A stretch of 64,000 nt of DNA from positions 2,048,001 to 2,112,000 of the forward strand of contig CBDFJF010000002.1 of assembly GCA_965248265.1 (NCBI GenBank), in the 5' to 3' direction. The notes under the pieces were generated by a model. The model had not been told where the DNA came from. It did not search any database and worked only from the letters and a program-made list of their open reading frames with translations. Positions 56,120 to 64,000 of this stretch are shown piece after piece. This stretch comes from Candidatus Latescibacterota bacterium (lineage in GTDB: Bacteria; Latescibacterota; UBA2968; UBA8231). The position numbers and the translations under genes were made by a program. The first letter of the stretch is position 1. Each line of letters starts with the position of its first letter.

Positions 56120-58690
56120 ATGCGTTGGGTCGTCCCCTGCCTCTTCTTCCTGTCCGGCGCCTGCGGCCTCGTCTACCAGGTCGTCTGGGCCCGCATGCTC
56201 ACCGTCGTCTTCGGCGCCACGGTCCTGGCCGTGAGCACGGTGCTGAGCGCCTTCATGGCCGGCCTCGCCCTGGGCAGCTTCCTCCTGGGGCGCCGGGTCG
56301 ACCGCGTCCGCCGGCCGCTGCGCGTCTTCGCGTTGCTCGAGGCCGGTATCGGATCCTACGCCCTGCTCTTTCCGACCCTGTGCGGCGGGATCGGCTCCTC
56401 CGCGGCTGGCCTGCTCCCCGCCCTGGGACCCGAGGGCGGCGCCCTCTACCCGGCCCTGCGCTTCGCCACGAGCTTCGCCCTCCTGCTCGTGCCGACGGCG
56501 CTGATGGGCGCCACCCTTCCGGTGCTGACCAAGTTCGTCGTCCGCCGTCTCTCCGACGTCGGCATCGGCGTCGGCCTGCTCTACGGCCTCAATACCCTGG
56601 GAGCCGTCGCCGGGGTCGTCCTCATCACATTCTTTCTGATGGAAGCGCTCGGGCTGGAGACGAGCACCTACGCCGTCGCCGCGGTCAACTTTACCGTCGC
56701 CGCCGTCGCCTGGTTGATTGACCGGCGATCGGTCTGCGCGGCGCAGGCCGCCGAGGCAGCGGTGCCGCAGCGACGCGCAGACTCGACTCCCGCGCCCGGC
56801 GGCTCGCCGGCCCTGCCCGGATACCTGCTCGCCGTCGTCATCGCCGGCTTTGGCCTGTCCGGCTTCGCCGCGCTGGGCTACGAGGTGGCCTGGCTGCGGC
56901 TGCTGATCGTCACGTTCCAGGCCAACACGCACTACGATTTCAGCATCATCCTGATCGCCTTTCTGCTGGGGATCTCGCTGGGCAGCTTCGCCTGCAGCCG
57001 CTACCTGAGGCGCGGGCGGGATCTCCTCTCGCTGTTCGGGGTCATGGAAATCCTCATCGGCTTCATGGGCATCTGCTCCGTGTTCCTCTTCGTGTGGTCT
57101 ACGGAGTGGATCGAGTCGGTGGTACAGACCCGCTCGTGGTGGCAGTACCGTCTTGGGATGTTCTCCCTCGCCTTCGCCATCATGTTCGTACCGACCCTGC
57201 TGATGGGGGCTCTGTTTCCAGTGGTCAGCCGCATCAACACCCGCGCCCTGCAGCGCCTCGGCCGCGGCGTCGGTGACGCCTACGCCGTCAACAGCCTCGG
57301 CTCGATCGGCGGCTCGGTCGTCACCGGCTTCGTGTTGATTCCCGCCTTCGGAACGGAGGGCGCCTTCCGGGCCCTTGGCCTGCTGAACCTGGCGGTCGGT
57401 CTGGCCGTGCTCCTGCTGCATCCGGGCCTCCGGTCGCGCGCCCGGAAGGGGATTGTGGTCGGTGCGGCGCTGGCTGCCGCCGTTCTCGCCGTCGCCTTGG
57501 GCCCCCGGGACGTTCTGAGGGGGGTCGCCGAACCGAGCCAGCCGGGGGCTGAGCTCGTCTTCTACAGCGAGGGTCGCGAGGGGGTCGTCACCGTCGTGGC
57601 TCAGCCCGGGTACCGCGAGATGCAGTTCAACAGGGGGAACCAGGTGCCCAGCGACTTCCCCTCCCTTCAACTGTTCCGCCTGCTGGGACACCTCCCCTTG
57701 CTGCTCCACGAGGACCCACAGGAGGTCCTCGTCATCGCCCTCGGGGGAGGCATAGCGCTGGGCTCTGTAGCTCAGCACGACCTCAAGGAAGTGGAGTGCG
57801 TGGAGATGGTGCCCGACGTGCTGGAGGCAGCCCGGGAGGAGTTCGGGCCCTTCAACCATCGGGTGATGGAGCGCCTGGAGGATTTACCGATCGACATCGT
57901 CATCGACGACGGCCGCAACTACCTGTTGACGAGGTCCCGTAAGTACGACGTCATCACGGGGGATGCCACCCATCCGAGCACCACCGACAGCTGGGTGCTC
58001 TACACCCGGGAGTTCTATCAGTTGTGCCGGGCGCACCTGGCCGAAGGGGGGATCTTCGCGCAGTGGTTGCCCTACCACGCTCTCCGAGTCGAGGATTTCA
58101 AGACCGCCCTGCGCACCTTCGGGAGCGTGTTCGAGCACGCGACGCTGTGGCACACGAGCAACTACGCCCTCATGGTAGGGACGACGCAGCCCCTGAGGAT
58201 CGACATGGAGCGCCTCGAGCGGGCTTTCGACCACCCGTCGGTTCGCGAGAGCCTGGAAGAGGTCCATCTGGGGAGGCCGATCGATCTCCTCAGTTGCTTC
58301 CTCCTGGACGAGGTCTCATTCTCCGATTACGTGGGCCCAGGAGCCGTCAACACGGACGACCATCCGTACCTCAGCTTCGCCAGCCCGGGCGGCTTCGATG
58401 CCCAAATGTGGCGGGTTCTGGATGATCTGGGTCGCTACGTCGACGACCACCCGGTGGAGCTGGGGCCCTGGATCCTGTTTCCGGATGAGGCCGCGCGCCA
58501 GGTCTGGAGGCTACGCCTGGCGACATATTTTGAGAGCAAGCGCCACGAGCTGGCGGGGGACATCCAGCGGCTGAGGTTGGACTGGGATGGAGCCTCCCGG
58601 GCCTACGGGAAGGCTCTGGAAGTGAACCCGGAGGCGAACACGGCTGCCTACCACTACAGGCAGATAGGGCGCCCGGCGCGGAGCCATTGA
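56120..58690 (+). CDS. Fused membrane (MFS-like)/spermidine-synthase-like protein
   Basis: LFFLSGACGLVYQVVW, LMGATLP, LYGLNTLGA, LGGGIALG, DDGRNYL, LYTREFY, VNTDDHP. Confidence 0.9.
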   Translation: MRWVVPCLFFLSGACGLVYQVVWARMLTVVFGATVLAVSTVLSAFMAGLALGSFLLGRRVDRVRRPLRVFALLEAGIGSYALLFPTLCGGIGSSAAGLLPALGPEGGALYPALRFATSFALLLVPTALMGATLPVLTKFVVRRLSDVGIGVGLLYGLNTLGAVAGVVLITFFLMEALGLETSTYAVAAVNFTVAAVAWLIDRRSVCAAQAAEAAVPQRRADSTPAPGGSPALPGYLLAVVIAGFGLSGFAALGYEVAWLRLLIVTFQANTHYDFSIILIAFLLGISLGSFACSRYLRRGRDLLSLFGVMEILIGFMGICSVFLFVWSTEWIESVVQTRSWWQYRLGMFSLAFAIMFVPTLLMGALFPVVSRINTRALQRLGRGVGDAYAVNSLGSIGGSVVTGFVLIPAFGTEGAFRALGLLNLAVGLAVLLLHPGLRSRARKGIVVGAALAAAVLAVALGPRDVLRGVAEPSQPGAELVFYSEGREGVVTVVAQPGYREMQFNRGNQVPSDFPSLQLFRLLGHLPLLLHEDPQEVLVIALGGGIALGSVAQHDLKEVECVEMVPDVLEAAREEFGPFNHRVMERLEDLPIDIVIDDGRNYLLTRSRKYDVITGDATHPSTTDSWVLYTREFYQLCRAHLAEGGIFAQWLPYHALRVEDFKTALRTFGSVFEHATLWHTSNYALMVGTTQPLRIDMERLERAFDHPSVRESLEEVHLGRPIDLLSCFLLDEVSFSDYVGPGAVNTDDHPYLSFASPGGFDAQMWRVLDDLGRYVDDHPVELGPWILFPDEAARQVWRLRLATYFESKRHELAGDIQRLRLDWDGASRAYGKALEVNPEANTAAYHYRQIGRPARSH

Positions 58691-58711
58691 CGGATCCATG
58701 GTTCCGGTCCC

Positions 58712-60673
58712 TCATTCCAGGCGGGACGCTCGCTCGAAAGCAGCGGCGGCTTCCTGCGCCATACCCAACTGCCGGTAGAGCGCTCCAACCGCTCGCAGCG
58801 TCTCGCCGTCGCGGGCTCGCTCTTCCAGAGCCCGCACCTGGACCAGGGCGGCCGCCGGGTCGCCCCGATGGATCTCCAGGGCCGCGAGCTGACGATACAG
58901 CGGAAGGGCCTCCGGATCGAGCTCGAGAGCCCGCCGGTAGGCTGCAGCCGCCCCCTCCAGGTTGCCCGTATGGCTCAGGCACTGGGCCAGGCGGGCTTGG
59001 GTGACGGACCAGTCCGGCTTCTCTTCGATCAGGTGTTGGTAGTGGCGGGCGGCCAGAGCATAGTCCCCGGCCTGCAAATGCATGTCCGCCACTACGAAGC
59101 GGGCATCGCTGCGGTCTGGGTACAGCTCCAGGAGTCGCTCCCAGGTCGCCAGGGCTCGCCGCTGGTTGCCGAGCCGCATCAACACCGTGCCCATATCCAT
59201 CAGAGCGATTTCGTGATCCGGTTCCTTCTCCAGGGCTAACTCATACTGCTGCAACGCCCTGGCTGGCAAATCCTCGGCGCCGTAGGCCTGTCCCAGGTAG
59301 ACGTGCTCCTGGGCATCACCGTGACCTGCATGGGCAGGGGCGCCCGCGTTGAGGGCCACCGTCAGCCCGCCCAGGGGGACGAGGGCCGCAGCCAGCCGGC
59401 GTCCTCGGAGCAGGCGGAGGCGCGCCACGGCGTAGCTGGCGAAGAGGAGGAGGGGGGGGACGACGGGCAGCCGGTAGCGGCCGGTGACGAAGAAGAGGAC
59501 GACGGAGATGGTGTAGGCCACCGTGAAGAGGAGGAGGAGGTCGCCCGTTGGCGTGCGGTCCCTGGGGCTGCGCAGATAGAGGAACAGACCCGCCAGGGCC
59601 AGGGGAGAGGCGATCCCGAAGGGAAAGGCCAGTCCCCGGATCCACAAGAGCCCCTGCAACAGCCACGAATGCCGGCGGGCAAAGTAGGGATCGAGGTTGC
59701 GCGGGATCTCGTCTCCGCGCCAGAAGAGGTAGAGCTTGCGTATCTGGAGGAAGGCGTACCCGGCTGGATCGGAGGTCAGGTAATCCCAGGAGCGGGAAAA
59801 GAAAAACTGTGAGCCCGCCTTCCCGGTGATGCCCGCCTCCCTCTCGGGCATGTCCGTCAACTCCTGCCAGTCGCGTCCCGGACGGATGTTCGTGGTGCGG
59901 TCGTAATCGGGGTTGTTGCCGATGTAGAAGTTGATCCCGCTGTTGTGGGAGATGAGGACCCATTCCCCGCCCACGAATAAGTTGCGCAGGGTCACCGGGG
60001 CTATCGCCAGGGCGACGCCAAGGACGAGCGCTCCAAGGGCCCAGCAACGGGGAGCGGGCACCTGAGAGCGGGCCCACAGGAGCGCCACGGGAACGAAGAG
60101 GAGGACGCTGGCCACCACCAGGGAGCTCAGTCCCAAGAGGAAACCGGCGATCAGCCAGCTGCGGGTTCCCCCCGAGGGGGCGCGGACGAGGGCAAGCAGG
60201 GCCAGGCAATCGAGGAAAACGGCTAGGCCGGCCGGCAGCAGCTCCCCCTCGAAGTAGATAAAAGGGCCGTAGAGGGCCGCTGCTGCTGCTGCCAGCCACC
60301 CGACATTGGGGGAGAAAGCCCGGCGTCCCAGGGCCAGAATCAGGAGGCAGGTCGCCGTCCCGGCGGCGGCCTGGAGGAGACGGGGCAGCCAGTAGCCTTC
60401 GCCGAACAGCGAAAAGAGCAGCCCGAGCAGGTAAGGGAACAGCGGCGGCTGCCAGAAGGGCTGGGGGTCCCCCAGCCAATGCCCATCGGCGAGTTGCAGA
60501 GCCGCCTGCACGTAGGTACGGGCATCGACGATGGGGTGGGTGAACAGAGGGCTGTCGGCAGCCTGCGCGAGGTACAGCAGGCGCAGGGAGAGGGCTGACA
60601 CGGCCAGCAGTAGCGGGCCGATGAAGGGCCGACGCCGAAGGAGGCCTGCGAAGTCTCGCAGACGGAGCAACAT
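58712..60673 (-). CDS. ArnT/PMT_2-like GT-C glycosyltransferase with TPRs
   Basis: IVDARTY, FWQPPLFPY, LYGPFIYFEGELL, NSGINFYIGNNP, FVTGRYRLP, followed by TPRs. Confidence 0.87.
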   Translation of the reverse strand: MLLRLRDFAGLLRRRPFIGPLLLAVSALSLRLLYLAQAADSPLFTHPIVDARTYVQAALQLADGHWLGDPQPFWQPPLFPYLLGLLFSLFGEGYWLPRLLQAAAGTATCLLILALGRRAFSPNVGWLAAAAAALYGPFIYFEGELLPAGLAVFLDCLALLALVRAPSGGTRSWLIAGFLLGLSSLVVASVLLFVPVALLWARSQVPAPRCWALGALVLGVALAIAPVTLRNLFVGGEWVLISHNSGINFYIGNNPDYDRTTNIRPGRDWQELTDMPEREAGITGKAGSQFFFSRSWDYLTSDPAGYAFLQIRKLYLFWRGDEIPRNLDPYFARRHSWLLQGLLWIRGLAFPFGIASPLALAGLFLYLRSPRDRTPTGDLLLLFTVAYTISVVLFFVTGRYRLPVVPPLLLFASYAVARLRLLRGRRLAAALVPLGGLTVALNAGAPAHAGHGDAQEHVYLGQAYGAEDLPARALQQYELALEKEPDHEIALMDMGTVLMRLGNQRRALATWERLLELYPDRSDARFVVADMHLQAGDYALAARHYQHLIEEKPDWSVTQARLAQCLSHTGNLEGAAAAYRRALELDPEALPLYRQLAALEIHRGDPAAALVQVRALEERARDGETLRAVGALYRQLGMAQEAAAAFERASRLE

Positions 60674-60717
60674 TTCGGGGAATCCAGGCGAGTGTGGAGG
60701 GGGATGGGCAGCCGGAT

Positions 60718-60760
60718 AAAAAAAGAGCGCCGGGCAGGTCCAACTCCACCTGCCCGGCGC
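60718..60760 (-). terminator. Rho-independent terminator
   Basis: 13-bp stem GCGCCGGGCAGGT/ACCTGCCCGGCGC followed on the minus strand by TCTTTTTTT. Confidence 0.85.
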
Positions 60761-60807
60761 AACAACTTGCGAACCGCTGATCTGTACTTCAGATCAGAAG
60801 ATGTCGC

Positions 60808-61731
60808 TTAGAACTGAGACTTGATCCTGCCCCAACTCTGGGACTCAACGGAGGTCATCATGTCGTCCCAAGGCAGATCATCTCTGAGCTCTTCGAGGTA
60901 CGTGTCGCCCATGCCGAAACCACCAATGCCAAGGACGCCGGTGTTCCAGCGGTCGGTGGGGCCGCCGCCGTCCTCCTCGCTGTCGTCGTCATTATTGCGC
61001 CAGGTGGTATGCATGATGGTACCCTCTTCCACGGTTTTCCAGACATGCTCGGAGTAATTGCCAATCTCCGAATAATCCAACCCTGAGGGATAGAAATCCA
61101 GCATCCGCATCTGGTGCTCGTAGTGATAGGTGCTCTCGCCGTACTCCTCGCCGGTGAAGGACCACTCCAGCGAGTGCTGCTCGTTGTGGTTAACTGACCA
61201 GTCGCAGGCGTTGCAGGGGCTGACGACCATCCAGGTGTCGCCGGTGGAGGACTTGGGCACGGCGAAGTTGACACCCCATTGCGGATTTATTCCTTCCGCC
61301 TCCCGATGGTCGCGCAACTCCTGCTCGCCCATGTGGAGGGCCACCCACATGTGCTCGGCCCCGTCGTCGTCGTACCAGTCGTAAGAGTCGGCGCGGTCGA
61401 TGACGTGAACGTCGTCGAAGACGGACTGGCAGTAGTAAAAGTGCGAGGAGCCGTCAACGCTGGCGCTCCATCCCATACGGGTCGTGATTGTGAGGTCACT
61501 GGGGTTCATCTCGCCTCTCGTGAGATCCGAATCGTAGAAATCGGCGCCCAGCAGCCAGTACTCATCGCCCGGAATGACCGCATCCCAGTCGCTGCAGTCG
61601 CCGTCGATGGTGGGTTCGTTGCCGGCGGGGAACTGTACGGCGGTCCAGATCTCGTCAACCGGATCGTGGGCCAGCACCGCCGTGGAAATAGCCATGATGC
61701 AAACTACAAACATCAGTGCAACTTTGCGCAT
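60808..61731 (-). CDS. Secreted acidic protein, CBM9/DOMON-like, with C-terminal TSVESQSWGRIKSQF motif
   Basis: AGGAG RBS, signal peptide ending VLA-H, PTIDGDCSDW. Confidence 0.8.
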   Translation of the reverse strand: MRKVALMFVVCIMAISTAVLAHDPVDEIWTAVQFPAGNEPTIDGDCSDWDAVIPGDEYWLLGADFYDSDLTRGEMNPSDLTITTRMGWSASVDGSSHFYYCQSVFDDVHVIDRADSYDWYDDDGAEHMWVALHMGEQELRDHREAEGINPQWGVNFAVPKSSTGDTWMVVSPCNACDWSVNHNEQHSLEWSFTGEEYGESTYHYEHQMRMLDFYPSGLDYSEIGNYSEHVWKTVEEGTIMHTTWRNNDDDSEEDGGGPTDRWNTGVLGIGGFGMGDTYLEELRDDLPWDDMMTSVESQSWGRIKSQF

Positions 61732-61873
61732 GATTGATCTCCTTCGATAAGGGAACGATAAGGGAACATTGCGAGTGAGTGAATTTTTTTCACCTCGACA
61801 CCGTTTCAAAGAGTTAATATAACACAAGAAGAACAGCAATCAAGAAAAAAATAAAAAGCCCCGCCGGCCCGTT

Positions 61874-64000
61874 TCAGTAGGCCAGGGAGAGGGTCCCCGC
61901 GGCGGTTTTCCGGCCCTCGTCGCTGTGGAGCTCGACCTGGACGATGTAGACTCCCGGGGGGGCCAACAGGCCGGCATCGTCGCGGCCGTCCCAGCGACGG
62001 GTGAAGTGGCCGCTGGCCGTGGGGGCGGCCGCGATCAGGCGCCGCACGGAGCGGCCGTCGAGGGTCCAGATGCGCACGTCGACGGGGCGTTGGTCCGTCA
62101 GGTCGCGCAGGTTGAAGGAGATGGAGGCTTCGTCGTTGACCCCGTCGCCGTTGGGGGTAAAGGCGCGAGGCAGGATCTCCAGCTGCTGCACCAGGTCGCC
62201 GCCGGCCGGGGTGCGCACGGAGAGGACGTTGCCGATGAAGCGGATGGTGGCATCGCCCGGCCTGATCGTCTGCTTCAGCTCCGGCTCCTGGCTGTCGTAG
62301 ACCCAGCCGCTGAATTCGGCGCCGAAACGGAGGACCCGAGCGCTGAATTGCACTTCGATCCGCTTCTCGTTGTCCTGCTGGGGGTCCACCAGCCGGTCGA
62401 AGGAGAGGATGACGCGGTCTTCCCGGATGTCCGGCTTGTAGCGGTCATCGCCGAGGTCGACTTCCTGGCCGCCCACGCGCAGCGACGAGACCTCGGCCGG
62501 GCCGTAGGTGAAGATCTCCAGACGGTCGAATCCCGCATTGCCATCCCTCAGCACCGGCTTGACGACGTATGTGAAGGGTTGGGGCTCGAAGCTGTCCACC
62601 TCGATCGGCCAGATTTCGCCGACTACCTCTTCGGCGGCCGACGCCTCGGAGAACAACAGGGACAAATCGTCCAATCGCGGCGTCTGGTCGGCGGTGGCCT
62701 CCAGCACGATCTCGAGCTGCAGGTAGCGGGTGGGTCCCGGGGAGAGGAACCGGGTGCCGTCCGTCCAGGCGGCGGCCGGCGCGCTCTCGTCGCGCAGGCC
62801 AGCGGCGAAGCTGTAGGTGGCGGACCAGAAGCTCCAGTTGTCCCGGTCCAGGGTGCGTTGGGCATCGCTGGAAGGGTATTCACGGGACCAGGTGTCGAAG
62901 TCGGTCTCCACGAATCCCCCGATCACCGTGCGCAGCTTCCACAGATCGGTCTCAAGAGTTTTCCCGGTGCGAGAGCGTATCGATATCCTGGTGCCGGGCG
63001 GCTGTTCCCCGGACCAGCGGATTTTGCTCCAGGTGACGGGGCGGCCGAAGTCGAGGATCCGCGAGCGGTAAACGGAGCGGCGGACGTAACCTTCGCCGTA
63101 TACCTCGATCTCCGCCACCTCCCACGTGCGGGTCGGGATATACGGGCGGACGGAGACCATCCGCACATCGCGCGTGGGGAAGCGGAAGTCGATGACCGGA
63201 TCCAGGTTGTCCCTGGTCTGGATCAGCGCTTCGAAGTTCGGGTCCGTGTAGAGTGAATCGGCGTAACCGGTGTTCTCGGAGTAGCGCCTGAACTGACCTT
63301 GACCTGGAGCGTAAACCCCGCCCGCGCCGGGCAGCTCCCTGATGGGGGCGTCGTTGTCGGTCACGGCGATCTCGTACCACTCGAGGTAATTGCCGGCAAA
63401 GCTGGTCTCCCCGAACGACTCCGGGTCCGGCTTGGGCTCGGCCATGGCGGCGATGGCGGCGGCATCGTCGAGCCGGCCGAGGCGGGGATAGATGCGCACG
63501 CGGTTGATCGGCATCTGGAGACCCAGGTTGATGATAACGGCCGTGGCCTGGGCTCCCAGGTAGACGCCGCCGGATATCAACGGCTCCGCCTCCAGCGGGT
63601 TCTCCCTGAACAGCACCAGGCGCGTGGTCGATGGATCCCCGTCGATGTGGGAGCGGAACTCGGGGCCCGCGAAGAAGCCGACGTTGTGACCGTGATAGAT
63701 GCCCCCACCTCGGGGGTAGAGATTGTCGAGCAGCACCAGATTCTCAAGGGGATCGACGAGGACCGCCTGCAGCACATTTCCTTCCATGGAGGGCTGGTCG
63801 GGGCCGCGGTGGTTGTACTCCTCCAGCATGATCCCTCCTCCGACCTCGAGAAGGCCGCTCAGGTCGCGCCGGTCCAGCTCGTTTCCGTCCTCGTCGACTA
63901 CGATGTAGGAGCCGGTAGTCACCTCCTCGCCCGTACTCTCCCTGTCCAGACCGATCCGGCCGTCGTTGTCAGCGGGAAGGAGAATGAACCGTTCGTAGGG
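61874..64000 (-). CDS. Large secreted protein with C-terminal FlgD-Ig/gliding-motility-associated-like domain; 5' end outside the window
   Basis: Frame open to the window end. FTPNGDGVND, RIWTLDGRSVR, WDGRDDAG...PPGVY. Confidence 0.85.
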   Translation of the reverse strand, partial: PYERFILLPADNDGRIGLDRESTGEEVTTGSYIVVDEDGNELDRRDLSGLLEVGGGIMLEEYNHRGPDQPSMEGNVLQAVLVDPLENLVLLDNLYPRGGGIYHGHNVGFFAGPEFRSHIDGDPSTTRLVLFRENPLEAEPLISGGVYLGAQATAVIINLGLQMPINRVRIYPRLGRLDDAAAIAAMAEPKPDPESFGETSFAGNYLEWYEIAVTDNDAPIRELPGAGGVYAPGQGQFRRYSENTGYADSLYTDPNFEALIQTRDNLDPVIDFRFPTRDVRMVSVRPYIPTRTWEVAEIEVYGEGYVRRSVYRSRILDFGRPVTWSKIRWSGEQPPGTRISIRSRTGKTLETDLWKLRTVIGGFVETDFDTWSREYPSSDAQRTLDRDNWSFWSATYSFAAGLRDESAPAAAWTDGTRFLSPGPTRYLQLEIVLEATADQTPRLDDLSLLFSEASAAEEVVGEIWPIEVDSFEPQPFTYVVKPVLRDGNAGFDRLEIFTYGPAEVSSLRVGGQEVDLGDDRYKPDIREDRVILSFDRLVDPQQDNEKRIEVQFSARVLRFGAEFSGWVYDSQEPELKQTIRPGDATIRFIGNVLSVRTPAGGDLVQQLEILPRAFTPNGDGVNDEASISFNLRDLTDQRPVDVRIWTLDGRSVRRLIAAAPTASGHFTRRWDGRDDAGLLAPPGVYIVQVELHSDEGRKTAAGTLSLAY

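Noticed and set aside
59452-59459. G8/C8 tract as a second phase-variable site
   Set aside because: The reading frame is intact (VVPPLLL) and such runs are unsurprising at this GC content.
1-64000. CRISPR array, tRNA/rRNA, prophage or integron
   Set aside because: No regularly spaced repeat-spacer series, RNA gene signature, phage gene or integrase was seen. Short ncRNAs cannot be excluded by eye.

Overview
Bacterial DNA with no rRNA, tRNA or CRISPR array. The gene content (beta-propeller sigma54 activator, DUF6785-like/FtsX-peptidase/OPT-like operon, secreted protein ending SWGRIKSQF, FlgD/CHU-like C-terminal domain protein) suggests an FCB-group lineage such as Ca. Latescibacterota; this is inference. 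There are four blocks. (1) 1-13.0 kb is the most interesting. Two paralogous sigma54 enhancer-binding proteins are each followed by three palindromic sites plus a -24/-12 promoter in nearly identical geometry. The second promoter precedes two tandem copies of a 72-aa signal-peptide-bearing small protein (8 nt differences, 7 silent). These are followed by a GT1-glycosyltransferase/transglutaminase-like fusion (split by an IS3 element with 3-bp target duplication), a GT2, an all-TPR protein and a histidine kinase. This is a candidate undescribed modified-peptide (RiPP-like or signalling) system. Its activator also carries a G9 frameshift that removes the HTH. (2) 13.3-22.9 kb is a three-gene membrane transport operon. 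(3) 23-43.3 kb holds catabolic and small-molecule enzymes, including a DUF4910-like/AAC(3) fusion. (4) 43.3-64 kb is a visibly higher-GC envelope-modification region (SGNH proteins, GT-C/TPR proteins, membrane/spermidine-synthase-like fusions) with several gene remnants.
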